From: a virus
Lineage: Duplodnaviria; Caudoviricetes
IMG/VR virus record: IMGVR_UViG_3300025011_000016
Length of the DNA: 64,000 nucleotides
Direction: 5' to 3' (one strand)
Under the pieces are notes generated by a model that was not told the DNA's origin, ran no database searches, and saw only the letters and a program-made list of their open reading frames with translations. Positions 38,845 to 47,800 of the stretch are shown in pieces. Position 1 is the first letter of the stretch. Each line of letters opens with the position of its first letter. A program made the position numbers and the translations under genes.

Positions 38845-39493
38845 TATACTTCCCCCATCTTTTAATGTTTTCTTTTAATTCCAATACGTTTTTATCAAAA
38901 CTATCATATTTTTCTGAGGCTTCGATATATTTATTAATTTTACTAATGTGTTCCTTATGAAGTCCTTTCTTATATTTTTTAATAAATGAATTTAAATCTC
39001 CAAATGCTTGACGGAGATTAATAAATATATTATTAATATGAACTTGTTGATGTACAGTTTTAGTTAACATAACTACTTGGATTAAGTTATTGAAATGTTC
39101 TTCAAGGATAATATCAGCAACTATATAACTATTAATTCTTCTATTGTTGAATATTAGATAATCAATTATTATGGTTACATAGTCAAATAATGTTAAAATT
39201 GGTCCGTGGTGCATCTCAATGTCTACTTCATCATCGTCAGTAATATTAGATAACACTTGACAAGTATTTAAACCAATATCTTTTTTTAGGTATTTGATAT
39301 ATCCAGAATAAAAGGTTGATGTTCTAATAAGTTTCTCAGTTGCTTTTACAAAAGATACAAAATTATCAATATCAGCAAAATATGTGCTATTTTTATAAAA
39401 AGGGAGTTCATATGACGCACTATTAGAATCAATTATAGGGAATTTGTCTTTTTTAAACTCTATGCCTGGTATAATATTCATAAATTTCATCAC
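38837..39493 (-). CDS. HNH-like fold protein (paralogue of 30516..31175)
   Basis: CQV...IEMHHGPILTLFD...EEHFNN...TKTVHQQVH. Confidence 0.55.
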   Translation of the reverse strand: MMKFMNIIPGIEFKKDKFPIIDSNSASYELPFYKNSTYFADIDNFVSFVKATEKLIRTSTFYSGYIKYLKKDIGLNTCQVLSNITDDDEVDIEMHHGPILTLFDYVTIIIDYLIFNNRRINSYIVADIILEEHFNNLIQVVMLTKTVHQQVHINNIFINLRQAFGDLNSFIKKYKKGLHKEHISKINKYIEASEKYDSFDKNVLELKENIKRWGKYSE

Positions 39494-39516
39494 TCTCTTT
39501 CATTCTAATTTTGTAC

Positions 39517-39533
39517 TACATTATAGTAATGTT
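39517..39533. promoter_or_regulatory. overlapping divergent late-promoter-like motifs
   Basis: Minus strand AACA ttacta TA (39533-39522); plus strand TACA ttatag TA (39517-39528). Confidence 0.4.
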
Positions 39534-39565
39534 GAATATTTGAAAAGGGAAGGTGATGATAGTAT

Positions 39566-42136
39566 ATGTTTATGCTTGATAATTTAATTAGAGATATACG
39601 GAGTATCATGAACTCTGTGGTAATAAAATATGAAAAAAATGCTAAGGTAATGGAAACTTTAGATATAGTAAAGGAATCTGATATGTATATATCGGCAACG
39701 TTACAACAAGATTCTTTTAATAGCTATATTAGATTTGATTTAGATTTAATAATGTCCTCTGGTGTAAATGATCCATTAGTTGCTCAAACATACTATGAAA
39801 ATAAAAGTTTAATTCCTTCTATATATAGAGAAATAATATTGGCTAAACAAAGGGCTCGTATCATAAATGATTATGTTGAAAAAAATAATTATTATCGAAT
39901 GCTTAATGGATTACCAGATATTGATGATATTGAAGTTATATATGTTGATTCGGAGATATGTATAGCAAATTCTTTAACCCCAAATACCCCGATTCATTTA
40001 TATCCACTAGAAGATATTTATACTCTAATGTATATAGGGGAAATAGATAAACTTATATTAAAGTATCCAACAAAGAAATATTTATTATATCTAGGACCCA
40101 ATCAGATAGATATAGTTCAAGCTAGGACAGCTAAGAATTTTATGATATTACGAATGACATCAGATATAAGTGACTCACTATACGCACAATTCAATGATTT
40201 TTATTTACAAAGTAGAGAATATTTTATGACTGTATTATATATTAAAGAGTATGCAAAGACTTATGAATTATATGATAATTTTATGGCAATGATGATAATG
40301 GTTATGACAATTCAGAAAACTGCAGTAAATCTATTTAAGAATGGTATTAATAGAGACTTCTATGATTTGGACTCCATTAAAATGTTATTAGATTCATATA
40401 AGATTCCATTCATGGTTGATCTTCCCATTGAATATCAAAGAGCCTTATTAAGAAACTTAAATAATCTATTACGCTATAAATCTACAGATAAAGTCTTATA
40501 TGATATTTGTTCATTAATGGGATTTGAACGAATGAAGATATTTAAATACTTTTTGATTAAAGAACATATCGTAGATGAAAACGGAGTACCTATTTTCCTA
40601 TATAAAGATGAAGTTAATGATGAGGGAGTTACTATAACTGTAGAAGACAAAGAAAATATGTATAATTTTTATTTTCAGAGGATTAATTTAACCGAAAAGA
40701 ATATTGCATTAGCCTTAACTGATGATACTATGAAAGTTGATTATGATATAGTAACTACCAATGATCCTTATTGGTGGGAAGATGAAAATCTGAAGAATAC
40801 TTTACTTACAGAAGATTTTAATTATATAGAATCAAAATATATGAATATGAATCTTATGTATCATTTAAGTGAAATGTTATTCGAAATAATATATGTGTTT
40901 AGATTAATAATAGATAAAAAAGACTCAATAGAATATATAACCATTAGATTGTCTAATATGTTTCTAAATAAACCCATTAAGTTATTCGATACATTAATTT
41001 TATTATGTGCGTTAATAGCTAAACGAGATCATATGGCTGGCAATATTTTAGTAGACCCATCAAAGATTTTATCAATTCTAGGTTTTAATTTTACTAATGA
41101 TTTTAAAATCATTCAAGATACAATTAAGAATAATCCACAAGTATATGATCAAGAGTTATTAACATATTTTGAGAATATGAATAAAACATCACCTCAAGAT
41201 ATTAATAATCTATTTACTAATATAAAAGGTTTGAATACTTTTCTTATCAATAAAATGAACACTAGTAGTAGTATTGAAGAATATAGAGCATATAAAAATC
41301 TATTTACAGCTTTAATGGTTTCCACTGAATCCACTACTTTATTTCAGAAATCAGATGGTACTCCAGCACTAACATTCAAAGATTACTTTAGTGATCATGA
41401 TAGTATAATATATGATTTTATTGATACTGTTGAATATGATAAAATTCCAGGGTATATCGATTATATTATTTTTAACTTAAATGATCTTCTTATAGATCTT
41501 AAGTATATTAAGTTCATAAATGACACTAATAATCCCATAATCAATGCTATTACAACATTAATAAACTTCTTTAAATCATACACAGTTAATTTAACTGACA
41601 TGAATATTTTTTATATATTAGATAGTAAAGCATATAACTTTATAACTTTAGTTGGAGATATCAAAACCATTAGTGGTATTATACCTTTAAATGATGATTC
41701 ATATTTAATGGATTCGTCTATGATAAGTAAAACTATTTCAAACATGGAATCATATAATTCATATGATACATTAAGAGATATAGTTTCTAATATATTAGTT
41801 AAAGATAATTTAAGTCTATTTAATACAATTACAGGTTTTAGTAAATTATTTACATTAAATACTAATTTACACATGGTTGATTTTCTTATTATATCTAAAC
41901 TGATTCAATTGAAAGATATGTGTAATTATTCAGATATGTTAAAACATATATCAACTACTATACTTAATAAAGATAAGTTAGAATTACTTAATATCATTAA
42001 ATCTATCACAACCAATCTACCTATTAATGATTCTAGTTTAATGATGGATTACCTTTTAGCTGATAAGGTTTTATTAATTAAAGATACTCTACTTATACTA
42101 GATAAAAATATTGAATTAATATATGAGCCCCAATAA
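39566..42136 (+). CDS. large putative virion structural protein
   Basis: 856 aa; in structural context; NYYRMLNGLP; C-terminal ~19-aa periodic region. Confidence 0.55.
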   Translation: MFMLDNLIRDIRSIMNSVVIKYEKNAKVMETLDIVKESDMYISATLQQDSFNSYIRFDLDLIMSSGVNDPLVAQTYYENKSLIPSIYREIILAKQRARIINDYVEKNNYYRMLNGLPDIDDIEVIYVDSEICIANSLTPNTPIHLYPLEDIYTLMYIGEIDKLILKYPTKKYLLYLGPNQIDIVQARTAKNFMILRMTSDISDSLYAQFNDFYLQSREYFMTVLYIKEYAKTYELYDNFMAMMIMVMTIQKTAVNLFKNGINRDFYDLDSIKMLLDSYKIPFMVDLPIEYQRALLRNLNNLLRYKSTDKVLYDICSLMGFERMKIFKYFLIKEHIVDENGVPIFLYKDEVNDEGVTITVEDKENMYNFYFQRINLTEKNIALALTDDTMKVDYDIVTTNDPYWWEDENLKNTLLTEDFNYIESKYMNMNLMYHLSEMLFEIIYVFRLIIDKKDSIEYITIRLSNMFLNKPIKLFDTLILLCALIAKRDHMAGNILVDPSKILSILGFNFTNDFKIIQDTIKNNPQVYDQELLTYFENMNKTSPQDINNLFTNIKGLNTFLINKMNTSSSIEEYRAYKNLFTALMVSTESTTLFQKSDGTPALTFKDYFSDHDSIIYDFIDTVEYDKIPGYIDYIIFNLNDLLIDLKYIKFINDTNNPIINAITTLINFFKSYTVNLTDMNIFYILDSKAYNFITLVGDIKTISGIIPLNDDSYLMDSSMISKTISNMESYNSYDTLRDIVSNILVKDNLSLFNTITGFSKLFTLNTNLHMVDFLIISKLIQLKDMCNYSDMLKHISTTILNKDKLELLNIIKSITTNLPINDSSLMMDYLLADKVLLIKDTLLILDKNIELIYEPQ

Positions 42137-42140
42137 TAGA

Positions 42141-42152
42141 AACATATCCATA
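42141..42152 (+). promoter_or_regulatory. AACA-N6-TA late-promoter-like motif
   Basis: AACA tatcca TA, about 30 nt before ATG 42183. Confidence 0.45.
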
Positions 42153-42182
42153 AAAGAAACTACGAATGGGAGTGAATTGTAA

Positions 42183-43055
42183 ATGACTGATAATATTTTA
42201 AGATTAGAAGATAGACTTGATGCCAGAGACGGTCTACAAATATCATACAAACCTTCGGTTCTACATAGAACTAAGATTATAGGTGGTTATGATCATTTCG
42301 TTGATAAACGTGGTATTAGTCAACTGGGTGAGGTATTATTTGATGAGGAAAATCAGATTGTTCTTGGTGGAGCATTATTTACCCTAGAGAAAATATTTGG
42401 TATACCTTCACCTTTAACAGTAGACTATTTAAATAATATCATGAATATCGCTACAACAGGATTACCCGTTACGGATATCTATCCTAAAGCAAATGTAGTT
42501 TGTTTATTTGGATTAGGTATCGGCGGTTGTGGAGATACTATTGCATCCATTCAAGATGTCAAGTTTTATGAGAGAGAAATAGTTACAATGATACCATTTA
42601 GAATCGCTTTGACGACCACATTAACAGTTCAGGAGAAGTTACAATATTGGTTTAAAAGACTTGATATTGCAACCGGGAAAACATCTTATTATCTCAAAGC
42701 ATTTGATTCGATACCACAAATTAAAGTATTATGGAAAGACGGTATTGGTGATGAAGATGGTACTGTCGTTCAAGATGGTGTGCAAGATACCACTAGAACT
42801 GAACCAATAGAAACATTTGTTGAATTGATATTAAAGATAAGTAAACTGGATGTTCGAGAATATTTCCAAGTCAATGGGAATATTGAACAGACTAGAATCA
42901 ATAGCATTGGCTTATTCACTGGTGTACCCAGTATTCTTGCGGACGGTTCCACTGATTATAAGCAAGTAAAATTATTCTCTAAATTGAATATCAACAATGA
43001 GATGTTGACCCTTGCTAAAGATTTAACTATTATTTATCGTATATATACTTCTTAG
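42183..43055 (+). CDS. putative virion structural (baseplate/tail-like) protein
   Basis: 290 aa; INSIGLFTG..LFSKLNI..E.L..KDLTIIYRIY resembles baseplate/tail-fibre attachment proteins. Confidence 0.5.
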   Translation: MTDNILRLEDRLDARDGLQISYKPSVLHRTKIIGGYDHFVDKRGISQLGEVLFDEENQIVLGGALFTLEKIFGIPSPLTVDYLNNIMNIATTGLPVTDIYPKANVVCLFGLGIGGCGDTIASIQDVKFYEREIVTMIPFRIALTTTLTVQEKLQYWFKRLDIATGKTSYYLKAFDSIPQIKVLWKDGIGDEDGTVVQDGVQDTTRTEPIETFVELILKISKLDVREYFQVNGNIEQTRINSIGLFTGVPSILADGSTDYKQVKLFSKLNINNEMLTLAKDLTIIYRIYTS

Positions 43056-43062
43056 TTTTATT

Positions 43063-43096
43063 AATTAGATGCTGTATTTAAATACAGCATCTAATT
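43063..43096. repeat. perfect 34-bp palindrome
   Basis: aattagatgctgtattt aaatacagcatctaatt. Confidence 0.85.
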
Positions 43097-43107
43097 TTAT
43101 TTATCAA

Positions 43108-43119
43108 AACATTTTTATA
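43108..43119 (+). promoter_or_regulatory. AACA-N6-TA late-promoter-like motif
   Basis: AACA ttttta TA, 20 nt before ATG 43139. Confidence 0.45.
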
Positions 43120-43138
43120 ATAGAAAGGGGATTTATAA

Positions 43139-44628
43139 ATGGCTAAATTATCAGAGGCAAATAAGTTATATTTATTAAGTCTAAACCCAGATGATATTAC
43201 TTTTGATCTTTTATTAGAATTATTTGCCCATACAACTAAAAAAGATAAAGATAATAAAGTATCTGTAGTTAAAGGTAGAATGAATATAACTGATGAATTT
43301 GAATTAAAACCTAATGAATACTTTAATAAAGTTAAAGTAAGAACTACTGCAGGTCAGTTCATATATAACAAATTAATTATTGAAACTGAATTAAGTGAAG
43401 TATTAGGATATATAAGTGACCCTTTAAATAGTAAACGATTAAAAGAATTGGAAGATGTTTTATCTAAAGCTTTATTAACAGATAAAATAACTGTTGAAAC
43501 TATGGTTAACTATCTAAATAAAGTACAATGGCTGGCACTTCAGTTTCATTCAGTTATAAGTGGTTCATTTACTATGAATACTTTAAAACCAAACAAAGTT
43601 GTAACTGCAAGACGAAATAAATTGTTAAAAGATAACGCCGAGAAAATAAAAAATGGTGATGTTATTACAGCAGTTAATATTGAAAAAGAATTATTGAAAG
43701 TTGCACAAGAAGAATTGAAAAATGATCACGGTATGGATCTTTATAAATCTGGTGCCAGAGGATCATTTGGTAATAACTTTAAGAATATATCTGTTATAAA
43801 AGGTCCAGTATTCAATCCATCGAAAGGTGTATTTGATATAGTCACTTCTAACCTAATGGAAGGTATACAGAAGAACGAGCTTACATCAGCAGGTAATAGT
43901 ATTATCAGTGGTGCTTACCCTAAAATATATTGGGGCAATATAGCGTAAGGTATATTGAAAACTATTTAAATTGACGGGAAACTCCTTAGGACTTTATATA
44001 ATAAAGATTGGACAATCCGCAGCCAAGATTCTATAATAGAATAAGGTTCAACGACTAGAGTGAGAACTCGTAAATATTAATAGTATTGAAAATGATGGGA
44101 TCTTCGTATTGGAGATTATGATATAGTCTTGTATCCTAATTAATAATAGGGAAGTTCATAAGAGAACTGTATAGATTAATAATCTATATGAAAATAACGA
44201 AAGCCATAGGAACTGCTGTGTCAGGCTATTTTGCTAAACAAATGGTTGCCTCTTTACAAGCAGTAGTATTAGATTCTATTGGTTCAGATTGTAAATCAAA
44301 AGGAACCTTAAAAGTATTTCTTACTAAAAGTCTAGCGAATGATTTCCTATATAGATATATTGTAGAAGGAAGTAAATTGATTCTATTAGACGATAATAAT
44401 ATATCAAAATATATTGATAAATTTATACAGGTGAGATCTCCTATGTATTGTATATCATCCAAGTTATGCAGGGCCTGTGCGGGACAGATGTACAACAAGC
44501 TTAAGATTGATAATATAGGATTAACAGCCGCTAAAGTTTCAACCACTTTAACCAATTTATCAATGAAAAAATTTCATAATTCATCACAAAGTATAGTTTC
44601 CCTAAAAGTGGATGAATTATGTATCTAA
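43139..44628 (+). CDS. phage RNA polymerase beta' C-terminal subunit, spliced join(43139..43921,44200..44628), 403 aa
   Basis: Splicing gives GAYP|KAIGTAVSGYFAKQMVASL (bridge helix) and GLTAAKVSTTLTNLSMKKFH (trigger loop); SGARG motif; frame preserved. Confidence 0.85.
43922..44199 (+). mobile_element. group I intron 1 (278 nt, no ORF)
   Basis: P1 CCCU^AA/UUGGGG with U.G; ttgacgggaaactcc, aatccgcagc, ggttcaacgacta, gatatagtct; terminal G. Confidence 0.9.
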
Positions 44629-44647
44629 ACACCATCTTGATTTAAAT

Positions 44648-44657
44648 TATATATTAT
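44648..44657 (+). promoter_or_regulatory. Putative early promoter motif TATATATTAT
   Basis: Exact 10-mer between the two RNAP genes. Confidence 0.5.
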
Positions 44658-44717
44658 TAAAGTAATAATAAGAAAGGGGTTGATTAAGATGTAAATATAT
44701 TATTAGCCTATTAAAAT

Positions 44718-44750
44718 AAGAGATGATAAGTTTTAAACTTATCATCTCTT
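44718..44750. repeat. 16-bp inverted repeat in the leader of the beta'N gene
   Basis: aagagatgataagttt t aaacttatcatctctt. Confidence 0.75.
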
Positions 44751-44830
44751 TATATTATTTGTTAAAAATGAGAATTTAATATGTAATGGACAATAACATA
44801 AGGTCTACGAATAAAAGGAGGATAATTTAT

Positions 44831-47800
44831 ATGAGCCAACCCACAGGAGTGAAATTAGTTAAATTAGATTGGAATAAGGAGTGTGAAAAAGATTTTATAA
44901 CTGGTAAAGGTTTTGAAATTACTGAAGTTGCTTTTAAGAAAAAGGATGAGAAAACCTTTAAAGGGAAACCTGATGATTCAAATGGTAAGAAAGAAAAATC
45001 ATATAATGGTATGCACTCAAGTAGATACGCTTCGGATTAATTATTAGTCCCTTCATGTAGTAATACATGTTGTAAACTCTCTTAATTGCGGGGATCTCCT
45101 TAGAGCTTAAACTACTTATATAGTAATAACGTTTAAGATTGTATGATCCGCATCCAAAATTCTATTAAATAGATATGGTTCAACGACTAGAGAAATCTCG
45201 TAAATATAATTGTTATATTGAAATAGAGAGCAACCTAATTAATTAGGTTGATGATATAGTCTTGTATCCTAATTAACATTAGGGAAGTTCATTTGAGAAC
45301 TGTATAGAGTTACAATCTATATGAAAGTATCGTGGGGGGATGAAGATGCATTTGCAGAAAGATATTCCTGTAAATGTAAAGATTTAAAAGGTAGAGTTTA
45401 CGAAGATGAAATATGTAAAATGTGTGGTACTAAAGTAGTTTTTAAAGATGTTGATATGAAAATCACAGGATGGATAAAACTACAACATCATGAAATTATT
45501 CATCCGATATTCTATAAGATGATTAAATCTATTATAGGTGATAAAGTATTTAATGAGATAATTGAATATGATAAGGACATAACTAGAGAAGGAATTGCTT
45601 TAAGTAAAGAGGGTAAGAATCCATTTAAAGGTATTGGTTTGATTGAATTCAGAGAACGTTTCGATGAAATCTTGTTTTATTATAAAGATAAGAAAAAGAA
45701 TAAGATTGACTTAGTTAATGAAGTATTAGCTGAAAGAGAAAAAGTATTTACATTTTGTTTACCAGTTTATTCTTCTGTTTTAAGACCAGTATCATTTAAA
45801 GGTGAAAGTTATTACTATAACTTTATTGATAGAAAGTATAATGCCATATTTTCATTATCACGATTATTAAATACTAAAGGTCCAATGCCTAATGTTAATG
45901 GCATGAAAGTTAAAACAAGTAAGATGGATGAACCAACTATATTACAATCAATGCAAAAGAAAGTTATTGATCTATGGCAATTAATCTTCTCTGAAATTAA
46001 TCAGAAGTCGGGCCACATAAAGGATGGAGTTTGTCCCATCGTAGAGTGATTTACGTTGAAAACTATTTTTAATTGCGGGAATATTCTTAGAACTTCTTTA
46101 TGGAAGATTGGGCAATCCGCATCCAAGTCTCTTTTATATAAGAGAAAGGTTCAACGACTATCCTTTAGTGTTGAAATACACAATAGGAGTAGGGCCTAAG
46201 TAGGTGGGTGAGATTCCCTTAAATCGAAATAAAATGCATCTCGTTGGAGATGATGATATAGTCTGAACTTCTATTGAAAGATAGAGAGAGGTGAAATTCC
46301 TTTGCATTATTTTACAAATAATGTCTACGACTGCAAATTCTCGGTGGTAGGATCAACTTTAGTTCAAGAAATGTAATTATACCGGACCCACAACTAAAAT
46401 CCGATGAAATAAGATTAGGGTATCTTGCTTTTCTAGAGCTATTTAAATATGAAATAATTGCTCATGTCGTTAAGATGAATGATATTTCTGAAAATGAAGC
46501 ATATGAGCAATGGTTTAAAGCAAGTATCAACTATAACAAGAAGATTTATGAAGTGATGATGTACCTAGTTAAGAAAAGAAAACCACGAGTGATCATAAAC
46601 CGAAACCCTAAATAATGTGGGGCGTTATAGAGTGATCTATAAGAGTAAACTATTTTAATTGACGGGAAACTCCTTAGGGCTTCGTAAATGAAGATTGGAC
46701 AATCCGCAGCCAAGTCTCTTATATAAGAGAAAGGTTCAACGACTATCCTTTAGTGTTGAAATACACAATAGGAGTAGGGCCTAAGTAGGTGGGTGAGATT
46801 CCCTTAAATCGAAATGAAAGCATCTTTATAAGATGAAGATATAGTCTTATATCCTAATGAAAGTTAGGGAAGTTCATAAGAGAACTGAGCTACGTTACGT
46901 GTATCTCGAACTCGGGACAATTAATTACGGATCTGAACTCTTAATGAAGATAGTTGATATTAAAAATGAATATAAAGATGATTATACTATGAGTTTACCT
47001 ATTCAAATATTACGAGTACTAAACGCGGATTTGTAACAAAGTCCGGTTATAATAGTAATATTATAACGAGTTCCATGTGAACGCCTAACAAGCGGTGTGA
47101 GAGATATATTATGCTCTTGCTAACGGTAGAAGCGAAATATGCAGAATAAGCTTCGTAAGAGAATCTACGGTCCTGAAATATGGATAGCGTGACAATACCG
47201 TGCCAAGTTCCTATTAATTGTAAGTTCGCAAACAATCTACAAACAGTTAGGATGGTGAAATATCTTGCGTATACTGATTAAACCATATGGGGTAGTTTAT
47301 ATAATGAGAAATTTAATAGATACTAAGGTATATATCGGACAGACTGTAAATCTTGAGAGGCGAAAAAATGAACATAAAAACCGTAAATCCTCATCCAGTA
47401 AGAGATATAATTTTCATATTACTAAAGTTATAGAAGAATATGGATATGAAAATTTTGAATTTAAAGTTTTAGATGAAGCGTTTTCTAAAAAAGACTTAGA
47501 CGATAAAGAGAAATATTTTATATCCTTATTTAAATCCAATGATCCTAAATATGGATATAATTCAAGAGGAGGTAATTTACAAGAACCATTAAATCAGAGA
47601 ACTAAAGATTTAATGTCTAGTTCTCATATAGGCTTGACTGAAACTGCCATAACTAAAAGAAAAAAGTCTCATAAAATTTTAGCATTTAAAGATAATGTAT
47701 GTCTAATTGTGGATAGTGGTAAATTATTTGGTGATATGATTGGAAAAGATAGAAATAATGTAACAAATGCTTTACGAAAGGGAATAAAAATAAAAGGTTA

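Noticed and set aside
47047-47235. Minus-strand 62-aa ORF
   Set aside because: Antisense to the intron 5 ribozyme core; no RBS or motif
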